Source: Nitrososphaerales archaeon | GTDB lineage: Archaea > Thermoproteota > Nitrososphaeria > Nitrososphaerales > UBA213 | Assembly: GCA_965197925.1 (NCBI GenBank) | Contig: CBDAOC010000020.1 | Coordinates: forward strand, 800,001-864,000 | Direction: 5' to 3' | Length of the DNA: 64,000 bases | Part shown: positions 46,581 to 58,381 of the stretch, one piece after another | How the letters are laid out: each line of letters begins with the position of its first letter | How positions within the stretch are numbered: the first letter of the stretch is position 1 | The notes under the pieces: model-generated | What the model was told of the DNA's origin: nothing | What the model saw: the letters and a program-made list of their open reading frames with translations, nothing else | Databases searched by the model: none | Program-made: the position numbers and the translations under genes

Positions 46581-49500
46581 TTACGAGAGGGCAGCACTAC
46601 ACGTTGCTGTACCGTCTGTAGTAGTACCATTACTATCTAAGATAGAGAGCACTTGACCATTGAGCAAGACGAAATCGGTAGATCCCACTGATGCGTCAAT
46701 CGTAGTGTCTACATCGTACCTCCAGTTGATGTTGTAACAAACTGTGAAAGCAATCCTCCCAGACTATCATATCTCTTCCAGTCCATACTGCTGTATGATC
46801 ATCTCTAGCTAATGGGGCATCTGTCATAGGAGGAGTCCATGTATCTGTGACTGGGTCATATCGACCTCCAGTATCAGTTCTACCTGAATCAGCGAATCCT
46901 CCCCACACAACCATCTCTGTTCCTGTCCATACAGATGTGTGGTCAGTTCTAGCCAATGGCCCTTCTGTGGTACTAGTTGTAGTCCATGTATCTGTTGACG
47001 GATCGTATCTAGCTCCAGTATTGGTCAAGCCTCCACCACCTATGGTTATATCCCCTCCCCACACAACCATCTCTGTTCCTGTCCATACGGCGGTGTGGTC
47101 AAATCTTGCTGTTGGTGCTCCTGTTGTACTAATCGAAGTCCATGTGTCATTAGATGGGTTGTATATACCACCAGTATCTGTTAAGGGAGTGCCATCATTA
47201 CCACCCCAAATAATCATCTCTGTTCCTGTCCATACGGCAGTGTGGCCCTGTCTAGCTGTTGGTGCTCCTGTCATATTGGTAGAAGTCCATGTGTCAGTGA
47301 TGGGATCATATCTAGCTCCTGTATCAGCAAGACCGCCTGGACCCCCCGCTGTATCTCCTCCCCAAATAATCATCTCTGTATCAGTCCATATCGCGGTGTG
47401 GAAGTTCCTGCCGGTTGGTGCGCCTGTAGTATTTACTGTAGTCCAAGTATCTGCAACTAGATCATAGATACCGCCTGTGTCCCGGTAATTACCTCCCCAG
47501 ACAATCATCTCGCTATCAGCCCATACAGATGTATGGAACTGTCTAACTGATGGTGCACCTGCTGTAGGGGTTGCATTCCATGTATCTGTTGATGGATCAT
47601 ATTCAGCTCCAGTCCTGAAGAAGGTACCATTACTGAATCCTCCCCATATGATCATCTCCGTGCCCGTCCATACTGCTGTATGTTCGGCTCTAGCTGAAGG
47701 TGTACCTACCGTGCTAGTAGGCGAAAATTCACCTGGAAAAACCGTAATATCTAGTGGCAATGTTGCTATCATCCATAGTATCATTTGCCTTGAAGGTGAA
47801 ACTGTCAGTACCATTGAAGCTTGTATCTGGCGTGTAGGTAATTTCAGCTGCTGTTGCGTTGATGGGGGTTATTGAGCTTAGTGTAGCATTCAATGGGTTA
47901 TCCACTATGGAGAATGTTAATGCATCTCCATCTGCATCTGAACCAGTTAAGGTAATGGCAATAGAAGCATTCACACCTGTTGAAACACTTTGGTTATCGG
48001 CTACTGGAGAATTGTTGATTGAGAACTCACTCATATCTCGATATAGAACTTGTCCTGCAGTGTTGAAAATAGCAGAATTGTACTGGTCACTAACTTCCTG
48101 GTCAGTTAATGTTCTATTCCATATGCGAACCTCGTCTATACTGCCGTTGAAGAACATACTTTCACCAGCAGAATTAGCTGCTATCCTTACTGGTCGTGAA
48201 CTACCATCATCAGGAATTGCCGACGTAGATAATGTTTCCACTACAGATCCATCAACGTATAGCTTGAGGGTTGATAGATCATAAGTAACAACTGCGTAAT
48301 GTGCGTTACCATCATTGTAAGATTCTGGGGAGAAAACGAAGTAATTTGTACCGTTTGAGGACTCAAAGCCTGCTGCAATACGCTCTAACCAATTCAAATA
48401 CATTCCAAAGTTCATGTTGTTACCAGCTCCTTCTCCTCCAAAGCCACCCTTGTTTAGAATCATGGCACTTGAAGTAAAGTCATTAGAAGTCCTGAACCAA
48501 GATGCAAAGCTGAATTCTTGAAGACGTAGGTCCGGTCTGTCCGGCTCATCAAGGTAGTTAGTACAGTTGGCTAAGAAGGATGGTTCAAAATCATTCAAAA
48601 CTGTAACTTCGAGTGTCTGCAGGGCTTGGATCTGTACCATCATGGACTAAAAGTTGGAATGTTAATAATGATACTCCGCCATTCGATTGGGCTGTGAAAG
48701 TAGGATTGGCGGAACCGGGGCCTGTTAATGTTACATTTTGACCTCCAACCTGTGTCCAAGCATATGATAAAGTACTATCTGGATCTGAGCTAAACGTACC
48801 ATCTAAAGTAACTATTTCTCCAGGTTGTGTTGTCTGGTCAATCCCAGCATCAGCGATAGGAGGAATATTGGTAGTGAATGTCATTCTCGTTGGGAGTATC
48901 AGTGCCCCACCAAACTTGGCACGCTTTGTATAATAAACCTCTACCGTTTCAGGATGATCATCAAGATTCAAGTCCAACCATACTATATGTGAATAACCTG
49001 TGAATGATTCTATTGCCATGTCCGCGAAATAGCTCCTCCCTGATGAATTGGTTATCCTTATATCATTTGCATTCAACCTTGTCCCATTGTTAGCGAGCTT
49101 TACAAAGTATATCTCTCCATTTCCAGGTCTATTGTCAGTCCATGTTACAGCTATCTCTCCCGACGCTTGTATTTTCATAGCAGGGTCGCTGCTCATGGCA
49201 CTGTTATCGGTTATCCTAGTGTCCGTGATCAAAGTGTTACCACTATTGTCTAGTTTCTTGTAGTATATCTCTGGATTACCATCTCTTTCGTCACTCCAAA
49301 CAATGTGCACATTTTGCGAAGTATCCACTCCTACATCGGGTCTATTACTAGTACCAGATGCATTAGTCACTCTTATATCATCAATCAATGTGTTGCCGAT
49401 ATCATCAAGCTTCTTATAGAATATCTCAAAGTCGCCGTCTCTAGTCTCTTGCCACACAACATGTAAGTTGCCAGAAGCGTCTACAGCAAAGCTTGGATTA

Positions 49501-51470
49501 ACGCTTGCATTGGTAGCGCCAGTCAAATTTTTGAGAACTGTTAGAGGGGTACCATTAGATTCATGCTTTACGTGGTAAAGATTCCTAAAGCCATCTATTG
49601 TGTCCTGCCGTCTCTAGTCAATTTTTGTATTGCAAAAATCTTGCCACACAACATGTAAGTTGCCAGAAGCGTCTACAGCAAAGCTTGGATTAACGCTTGC
49701 ATTGGTAGCGCCAGTCAAATTTTTGAGAACTGTTAGAGGGGTACCATTAGATTCATGCTTTACGTGGTAAAGATTCCTAAAGCCATCTATTGTGTCCTGC
49801 CATATCATATGTACATCATCATTAGAAGAGTCCAAACCAATTTTTGTATTTAGAGAGTAGCCATTGTTGACGGTAAGTCTACGTTGTGCAAAAATGGTAT
49901 TCCCTTCACTATCAAGCGTGGTAAGATACATCTCCATATTGCCCGCCCGGTTGTCCTGCCATCCCAATTGGATATTATTATCACTATCAATAGCTATCGA
50001 GGGACGTATGCTATATGCATCTGCATTGGTTAGCCTTTTATCGTAAATCAATTTGGTCCCATTGCTACCATCAATTTTCATATAGAACAACTCCGCGTTT
50101 TCAAAACGCTCATCGCCCCATACGACCTGAATATTACCTGAGGCATCTGTAGTCACTCCATTTGAAGGGGGATCTCCAAAAGGATGACCGTATGTCATTC
50201 TCAAGTCATCTATCAACACATTACCGCTGCTATCGAGCTTTGAGTAGAACAATTCGGGGCGCCTTGTCCTATCGTCCTGCCATATTATATACACGTCATT
50301 ATCCTGATCGGTTGCCAAGTAAGTTCTATCGCTTATCCTTTCACCTTAACTTATTCTGACGTCATCCAACAGCGTGTTGGCATTGTTGTCAAGTTTTTCA
50401 TAGTATATTTCTCGGTTTCCATCCCTTTCATCAACCCAAGAAATATGGATATTATCGTCTAAATCTATAGCCATATCAGGCCTAACACTTTCCTTTGGTT
50501 CATTCGTTAGTCTGATAAGATCGGGAAAACCATCATTGTCATAATCCATCAGAGGATTACCGTCGATATCAAGTTTTACAAGATAAATCTCGATGTTACC
50601 CAAAGTTGGCTCACCATTCATGAACGTTATCCAAACATTATCTGAGGAATCTACAACCAATGCGTTGCGTCCACTCAATTCAGTATTGTTGGTTAATCTA
50701 AAATCTGTTCCCAACTTAATTCCTGTAAGACCATCAAGCTTTGTGTAATACATCTCATAATTGTTGTTTCCGGTAAGCATACCGCCAACCCAAGAGTCCC
50801 TAGTATCCATATATGAAATGTGTACATCATCATTTGAATCGACGTCGAGATAGGGTCTCTGGCTCAAACCATCCGCATCTGTCACTCTTATATCATCCAG
50901 TATAGTGTTGCCGTTGTTGTCAAGTTTCTTATAATAAATCTCATGATTGGATGATACTCCTCCTATTGTACCTCCAGCATTTGGATCATCTCTGTCATCG
51001 TACCAAGTAACAAGAATGTTATCTTGACTATCTATAATCATGGAGGGTCTAACACTGCTCCCCTCTGCAAATGTCAATCTAGTATCATCTACTAACGTGT
51101 TCCCATCATTATCGAGCTTTTCATAATAAATCTCTGCGTTGGTGCCACCTTCCCGACGGTCCAGCCAAACAATATGAACATTATCCTGAGAGTCTATGGC
51201 AATATCAGGACGAGCGCTAAAACCATTAGCAGTTGTTATCCGTACTTCATCTACCAAAATTGTACCGGTTGTACCGTTCCATTTCAAGTAGTAAATTTCG
51301 TTGTTTCCAGATGCTGCAGTCCAATACACTGCATGTACATCACCAATTGAATCAATATCTAAACGGGGAAAGAAAGTACCGCCGGGATCACTTGCAAAAA
51401 TTGGTGTAATGGTGCCAAGCAGTAAAACTAGTACGCCAAAATTGCTAACATTGGAGCAGTATCAAGTCTC
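46581..51470 (-). pseudogene. Large multidomain surface protein (propeller repeats, PKD-like, LamG, Ig/cadherin-like, Kelch), fragmented
   Basis: Five consecutive ORFs; HIVW.D.R.GN.EIYY.KLD repeats; PIADAG.DQ..VTLDG..SSDPD; FNGSIDEVRIWNR; GTDSFTFKAND; R..HTAVWTG.EM..WGG x6. Confidence 0.88.
49447..49801. repeat. Perfect 163-bp direct duplication with a 29-bp patchwork spacer
   Basis: 49447-49609 is identical to 49639-49801. Confidence 0.92.
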
Positions 51471-51779
51471 ACAGAACGTATTTTCACAATTATAGGCACA
51501 ATTTAAATAGGTATAAAGAATGCGGCGCCCATGTTATATACAAATAATATGGATTTTATGTTATATACAACTAATACATATCCCTCTTCATCAGACTAAA
51601 ATGATCCATCCTAAATTATGTATTAAATCTTAATTAATGACCATTAAATGGAACTAGAAAAACTGAACAAATGAAATAATAAATCTCTAGTTCAATATTT
51701 TATTGAATGGTAAAACATTTGCTTAGTAAAAATTTGGAAGGTCATATGCATCCTATTACCGGTAGTGGTTTGGACCAAT

Positions 51780-52314
51780 TTCAGATCATGCCTTGGTAAC
51801 CTTCTTATCTTCAATGAACATGCTGCTTGTTCTCTTGGTTGACTATTACTTATCATAAACATTTTCTCTGCTCCAGCAAAAGCGTAGTTTCTAAAAATGT
51901 GTATATTAATGTCTGACTCGAGACAGAAAATGTACCTGGCGTTGTTATCCCTGTTAGTTCTATTAGCTTAGCGTTAGTAACATCATAACCTGGTGGAAAT
52001 GTTATCTCGATGTTAGCCACACCTGCTGTAGTTCCAGGACTAAATGCAATAACGTAGTATGTTTTTGCTTTCACTATATTATTTGTTGGCATAGCTAAAA
52101 CATCAATTAATGGAGCTAAAGGTGGAGAAGGTACATCTGGTGCGTTAATGGGTTCTGTCTCGAAGGTATCAATTCCCCCATCCTCTGTACTTTGATTCTG
52201 TGCAAATATCTAGAATGGAATTATCATGGAAATTGCTAGTACCGATACGAGTCCTATTGTCAAATGCCTTCTGGTTATCTTTATGTTGATTTCTATATCG
52301 TTGTTGTTCGACAT
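51780..52314 (-). pseudogene. Secreted beta-sandwich protein pseudogene
   Basis: ATG 52314, signal peptide, in-frame TAG at 52210-52212, continuing into ORF 51853-52092 (IEITFPPGYDV); 3' limit approximate. Confidence 0.65.
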
Positions 52315-53207
52315 TAAGTATTAGCGCACAATGTATCATTTATCCTTATACAAGTTAAATCCCTGAAAATGTATTGTTGGTATCATCAGAACGCAATAAT
52401 GTAACAAATATTTATTTTTGTAAGAAATTTTAATATCATTATTAAATCAAAGTGTACTTTCTACATAAGCAAGTTAATTGAACTGACTCTGTGTGTGGGC
52501 AATCACATAACGTCAACATCATGGACCGTTTTCTACTACATAACCCATACCTAATTTTTTATTAGATTTTCGTTGATTGGGATTATTCATAAGGTAAACC
52601 TCTTTTTAGTTTGTCCAATTCATAATCTAATCTTCTGTACAATTCTGGTTGCCCACCTATAAACAATCTTGCATTCTAGTTACCATCAATCAGTAACATA
52701 TTACACAATAAAACAGAAAACCTTTTTCCTTCTTGTGATTAAATAAATAAACATAAGCCAGATGTTCATGGCTAGATTTCAAATTATAAATGGGTTTTGT
52801 GTTTTACTTAATTACTAGTCTTGATCGTTTTGAGCTTAGCTGGAGAAGATCCAGTAGAGTTTATTCAGAAGAAAGCCCCAATACCCTCACAGTTTCTCAT
52901 TCAATAAACCTTAAGAAAATTAGTTCGGAGAAATAGAATTCAGTTAAGAACCTTTTTTGAGCTCGCCCTTTCTAGCATATCATTCCCCTATAGCAATCGG
53001 AGGAAGCCTTAGTACGATAATTCTTTCAGGTTACCTGAATTAGTTTTCTGGGTCTGCTTACTGCCTCCGATAGCCCCCTAGAAGATACTTTTTTCTTGCC
53101 AGACATTCCCATCAGGCATCAAGTTCTGGTAAGGCAACACTATCCTTTTTCATCTTTGAATTTTATTAGTTATAAGTGACGTTCTTGTTCATATACAAGA
53201 TATAGTA

Positions 53208-54833
53208 ATGAGGTATTTGTCTAAAGGCATATTTCTGGTAATTATTGTTGCAATTATCGGAGGACTAGTATCCTCTTCCGCTAGCGAGGAACAAGAGCCA
53301 TCCGATTCCAACGTGAAAAAGATTACAATTGGTTCGAAGGAGTTTACAGAACAATTGATACTTGGCAACATGATGAAGGTTTTGTTGGAAGATAATGGAT
53401 TCAAGGTAGATGACCGAATAGGACTCAGTGGAACAATGATAAATCATCGAGCTCTAATAAATGATGAGATAGATGTCTACATGGAGTATACCGGCACTGC
53501 TTACATTGTAATATTGGAAAAGAAAGAGGTTGTTCATGACCCCCAAGAAGTGTACGAGATTGTAAAGAAAGAATATAAAGAAAAATGGAATCTTGTTTGG
53601 CTTGATAGAGCCAGATTCGACAACACAAATGCTTTATTGATGAAAAAAGAAAGGGCTGTGGAGCTTGGTATCAAGACAATAAGCGATTTGGCAAGCATTG
53701 TCAAAACCGATCCAAACCAACTTTCTTTTGCTACAAACGCAGAATTTTTTTCACGACCTGATGGACTTCGTGAAATGGAGAAGCACTACAACTTCAGATT
53801 TCCCGATAATAACATAAAGAAGATGGGCATAGGCATCACTTACTTGGCCCTTAATGAAGATAGTGTGGATGTTGCCTTGGGCTTCTCAACTGATGGAAAT
53901 ATAAGGAAATTTGATCTTATGATTTTGGAGGACGACAAAAAGTTCTTTCCTATCTATAATCCTGCACCTGTGATAAGAAGTGAGGTAATTGAAATGTATC
54001 CTACGGTAGAGAACATACTCAACCAGATAGGACCACGCCTCACCACAACGGAGATGATTGAGATGAACTATGGAGTAGATATAGATGGTGAGAATCCGGA
54101 AAGAGTGGCAAGACAGTGGTTAGAAGATGAAGGTCTTCTAGGAGTCAGTGGATTACATCAACAACCTAAATCGAGATCAGCTATAGAATCCCCATCTTCT
54201 TTTGTCTTGTCTTTTCAAGATCAGGCAAGATTGCTCGCCGTAAAGATTGTTGAGCATATCAAAGTGAGCTTCATCTCGGTTGGTATTGCAGTAGGCACTG
54301 GCTTAGGTTTGGGCATTGCAATAACCCTTTTTAGAAATAAAGCATTTTCAAATGGGGTAATAAACATAGCAATTATTATCGTTACGATTCCCTCTGTTGC
54401 AATGTTTGGCTTCATGGTACCAATCTTTGGCATAGGGATAACTCCATCTATAATTGCGCTTGTACTTTATGCACAGCTTCCGATCTTGAGAAACACCTAC
54501 ACCGGGCTTACCACAATCAGGTCTGAGATTCTTGACGCTGCGGAGGGAATTGGTCTTAGCAAACTTGAAATGCTCTTTAAGATTCGATTCCCCATAGCCT
54601 TTCCAGTAATTATGGCAGGTATTAGAACCTCGATAGTGTTTACAATAGGTCTTGCTACAATAGCTGCGTTGATAGGGGCGGGGGGGTTAGGAGATCTGAT
54701 ATTTCAAGGCATTCAACAAAGTAATACTCAGTTGATTCTGGTAGGCACAATACCAGTTGCTCTGCTTGCGGTGTTTACTGACATCGGATTGAAAAAAGTT
54801 GAAGACAGGTTAACCCCGAGGGGGATGATTTGA
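53208..54833 (+). CDS. Osmoprotectant (betaine/choline/proline) ABC transporter, binding protein-permease fusion
   Basis: IGSKEFTEQ, YMEYTGT, LEDDKKFFP.Y, then TIPSVA, LPILRNTY, IGAGGLG. Confidence 0.93.
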   Translation: MRYLSKGIFLVIIVAIIGGLVSSSASEEQEPSDSNVKKITIGSKEFTEQLILGNMMKVLLEDNGFKVDDRIGLSGTMINHRALINDEIDVYMEYTGTAYIVILEKKEVVHDPQEVYEIVKKEYKEKWNLVWLDRARFDNTNALLMKKERAVELGIKTISDLASIVKTDPNQLSFATNAEFFSRPDGLREMEKHYNFRFPDNNIKKMGIGITYLALNEDSVDVALGFSTDGNIRKFDLMILEDDKKFFPIYNPAPVIRSEVIEMYPTVENILNQIGPRLTTTEMIEMNYGVDIDGENPERVARQWLEDEGLLGVSGLHQQPKSRSAIESPSSFVLSFQDQARLLAVKIVEHIKVSFISVGIAVGTGLGLGIAITLFRNKAFSNGVINIAIIIVTIPSVAMFGFMVPIFGIGITPSIIALVLYAQLPILRNTYTGLTTIRSEILDAAEGIGLSKLEMLFKIRFPIAFPVIMAGIRTSIVFTIGLATIAALIGAGGLGDLIFQGIQQSNTQLILVGTIPVALLAVFTDIGLKKVEDRLTPRGMI

Positions 54834-55939
54834 GCGATAAAACATCATTCACTGAACCATCGTCAATATCAACAACAAAAAGAACGAGAAACCCAGATAT
54901 CTCGATTGAGTTTAATAATGTAACGAAGATCTATAGAGTTCAGCAGCGAAACAGGCAACAGGAAAAAGTAATCAAAGCAGTTGATGAGGTGTCATTCCAA
55001 CTCGAGCGTGGAAAGACGCTTGTGCTTGTAGGAACCTCAGGCTGTGGAAAGAGTACTGTTCTCAAGATGATTAACAGGTTGGTGGAATGTACCAATGGCA
55101 AAATACTAGTAGAGGGGGGAGACGTGACAGAACAAGATCCGGTAAAACTAAGGCGAAGAATGGGATACGTAATACAAGAAGTTGGACTCTTTCCTCATCT
55201 TACTGTTGAACAAAATCTCGCAATCCTTCCAAAACTTGAGAGGTGGGATAAATCAAAGATTCAAAAAAGAGTGAGTGAACTACTCAGAAAAGTAAAACTA
55301 GATCCAGAGACCTTTGCTCCGCGTTATCCAAGGGAACTCTCAGGTGGTCAGGCCCAAAGGGTGGGTATCGCAAGAGCACTTGTGCTGGATCCTAGTATTT
55401 TGCTCATGGATGAGCCTTTTGGAGCGTTGGACCCAATAATAAGGGCTGAGTTGCAGGAAGAATTTTCATCCATCCTGCAAAGAGAATCTGAAAAGAGTAA
55501 GACTATTGTCTTTGTTACACACGACCTTAATGAGGCTCTCAAGATAGGCAATCTCGTAGCTGTAATGAGTGAGGGTAAGATAGTCCAGCTCGATTCTCCT
55601 CAAAATCTTCTCAAGCACCAGGCAAACACTTTTGTCAGTAATTTCATTGGTTCTGACAAGGCAATAAAACTTCTCAGCATCTCGACAGTAAAAATGATTC
55701 TTGACGCAACTAAACAAAGAGAAAATATTCTATCTGAGAACCAAACAGGCAAACAGGAAAACGAAAAGTTGGATATGGACATCACTGTAACAGAGGATAC
55801 AAATGGTTTACTCGCACTTGAAACTATGCTTCAGAACAGACGTACGTTTCTACCGGTAAGAAGAAATTCAAGCGATGCCTTCGATGTAATTAGTGGTATT
55901 TTAACTTTCGACCTTATTATGGAATACATGGATAATTGA
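54830..55939 (+). CDS. Osmoprotectant ABC transporter ATPase (OpuBA/OsmV-like)
   Basis: GTSGCGKST, MGYVIQ.VGLFPH, LSGGQ, LLMDEPFGALD. Confidence 0.95.
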   Translation: MSDKTSFTEPSSISTTKRTRNPDISIEFNNVTKIYRVQQRNRQQEKVIKAVDEVSFQLERGKTLVLVGTSGCGKSTVLKMINRLVECTNGKILVEGGDVTEQDPVKLRRRMGYVIQEVGLFPHLTVEQNLAILPKLERWDKSKIQKRVSELLRKVKLDPETFAPRYPRELSGGQAQRVGIARALVLDPSILLMDEPFGALDPIIRAELQEEFSSILQRESEKSKTIVFVTHDLNEALKIGNLVAVMSEGKIVQLDSPQNLLKHQANTFVSNFIGSDKAIKLLSISTVKMILDATKQRENILSENQTGKQENEKLDMDITVTEDTNGLLALETMLQNRRTFLPVRRNSSDAFDVISGILTFDLIMEYMDN

Positions 55940-55952
55940 AAGGAGATTTTCG

Positions 55953-56597
55953 TTGGTTTTAGACTACCTTCTTGAACACAATATGCAAGTTCTCAACCTC
56001 GTTGCAGAACATATGCTTTTGGTGTTAATTGCGCAGTCCCTCGCAATCAGTGTGGGTGTAACCCTTGGTATCATCATTACCCGACCAAGATTTAAACGGT
56101 TTGCAAATTATGTAAACGGGTTTTCTAACATAGGACAAGCCGTACCAAGTCTATCGGTTCTCGGGCTGACCATTCCCTTGTTAGGGATAGGCTTCGCTCC
56201 AGCGATATTTGCGCTCTTTGTCTACGTTGTTTTACCCATTATACGCAACACCTATGCTGGATTGATAAGTGTCGACAAGAAGATCCTTGAGGCAAGTGCT
56301 GGGATCGGATTGAATCACTCACAAATCCTGCGTTATGTTGAGATCCCTTTGGCCTCAAAGGTTATCCTAGACGGGATTCGTACCTCAACAGTCTTTTGTA
56401 TCGCAACAGCAACTTTGGTTTTTTTGATTGGAGCCGGTGGTCTGGGAGAATTGATCTTTACAGGAATAGCGCTGGTAGATGTCGAAATGATTCTTGCAGG
56501 AGCAATTCCTGCAGCATTACTAGCATTTGGAGCAGACTTTGTGTTTGGAGCAATCGGAAGGATTGGGATGGGAGCCAGTAGAATTATGAAGAGATAG
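55953..56597 (+). CDS. Osmoprotectant ABC transporter permease
   Basis: QAVPSL, LPIIRNTY, EAS.GIG, IGAGGLG. Confidence 0.93.
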   Translation: MVLDYLLEHNMQVLNLVAEHMLLVLIAQSLAISVGVTLGIIITRPRFKRFANYVNGFSNIGQAVPSLSVLGLTIPLLGIGFAPAIFALFVYVVLPIIRNTYAGLISVDKKILEASAGIGLNHSQILRYVEIPLASKVILDGIRTSTVFCIATATLVFLIGAGGLGELIFTGIALVDVEMILAGAIPAALLAFGADFVFGAIGRIGMGASRIMKR

Positions 56598-57146
56598 ATA
56601 AGCAATTAGGTCAACAATACAACCTCAAAAGTTTTAGGTCATTAATAACTAGCAGTATACAAGGGACCATCACTATATACGACGATGTAATTTCCATTAG
56701 ATTAGTTGTAAGAACCTTATCCATTCTGATATCTAAAAAAGATATGAAATCTAATAGCCTGAATGGATCTTATTTTATTGCTTATTTATTAGAACAGAAT
56801 TTCATTTAATACATTCCAAAAATCTAAATTGCAAAAATTTCTCATGAAATAATTTGTCTTCTTTGGAGTTCTTCCGAGGTTGTATTTGTTCATTACGTAT
56901 GAACTAGGTGTTTCATGGAATGGGGAGTTTGAGTAAATGTAGATGCCTGTAAATGTTGTACTACAATATTCATTATGACATTAGGAATTCACATGAAGTA
57001 ATAAGAAATTTCTATCGAACGCTCTCTCAGCACTTAGGCAGACTAAGGCGGTAGAGATTTATTAAATATACACACTGATTATAATGTGACCAGGATTCAG
57101 CACGAGATAAAGAAGATCTCTTTCTTTCTACTTGGAATGCTACTTA

Positions 57147-58209
57147 GAGCCTATCCTAAAATTCTAGCTGATAGTTAATGATTGGTAGAAATAATATCAT
57201 TTAGAATGCAAGAATATTAGTTCAAACTGTCAGGTTTAGTTTTCTTACTATTGATTTTATTAGTATTGTAGATAGTAGATACTAGAAACAGTTGCATTAA
57301 CGTGTTTATGACACTACCAATAACCAATATATCGCTCTATACACTATTAGGCAGTTAGCAAATTCTACTAGCGCCTGATAATTTTCCTCTCTCTTCTCGA
57401 ACCTTACCAATAACTTTCTGAACCTGTTATGCCAAGATGCGGTTCTTTCTACAACCCATCTCTTTGCTTTGTACAAATTCTTTTTCAATACTTCACCCTT
57501 ATGACGAATGTGATCCACATATCCCCTTCCTAACTCCATATTTCATACTCCATACTCTATCTCAGGGAAATCATATCCTATTCATGCATATGTTCTGTTT
57601 AACTTTGGGCCTATCAACAACAATGCTATCTATTGTAGGAAAGGCTGATTTCATATCGTGCTTGTTTGCTCCAGTAATTACAGATGAGAGAGGAATACCT
57701 CTTCTATCAACCAGCATGTGACGTTTGGTACCTAGCTTGCCTCTATCCGTTGGGTTTGCTCCGGTCGTTTTCCCCCTAATGGGGCCTTCGGTACGCTATC
57801 CATGGATTGCCAGTCCCATCCTATACCCTTCAATTCATCATATATTTCCAGCAGCCTCTTCCATACCTTCTTGAATACTCCTATCCCAATCCATTCCTGA
57901 AATCTTGCATGGCAAGTTGAGCCAGAACCAAATTCTTTAGATACTTTCTTCCACTGGCATCCAGTTCTTAATACATACAGTATTCCATTCAACACTTTTC
58001 TAAATGGCACAGCTGGCCTTCCAACTGTTCTTGCTGGTTTCTCTGGTAGCAACACTAGTTTGAACTCTTCCCATAGATTGTCTGGTATATGCCATATGGT
58101 CGGCATGCTCTTTTTCTTTGATTTTCTCACAAATTTAGCTAGAGAGGACAGATCTAGATCTGTTTCGGTATAAACAATTAGGCTATGATGTTAATTTTCG
58201 GATAAGCTC
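57147..58209 (-). mobile_element. IS5-family IS-D (transposase 57306-58130, split)
   Basis: TIR GAGCCTATCCTAAAATT / AATTTTCGGATAAGCTC; TSD TTA; LRTGCQW, KAPLGG, RWVVERT.SW.NRFR. Confidence 0.93.
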
Positions 58210-58381
58210 TTATTCTCTCTGCAATTTTTCCTTTAATTGATGAAGAATCTGTTGCCTTGACGTCGGACGGAGTTTACGTTGTGATGAAGCATACAAAAAA
58301 GATGACTTTGGTATCTGTGAAGAATCAAAGTGATGAGGCATTATATGGTGTTGTGCTGGAGAACCCTAATGGTGACATAAG

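Noticed and set aside
46847..48284. Long + strand ORFs, and similar antisense ORFs over ths, the paralogs and the ABC genes
   Set aside because: Antisense shadows of well-supported genes on the other strand
49447..49801. Diversity-generating retroelement TR/VR pair
   Set aside because: The copies are identical, with no adenine-specific mismatches, and no reverse transcriptase is in the window
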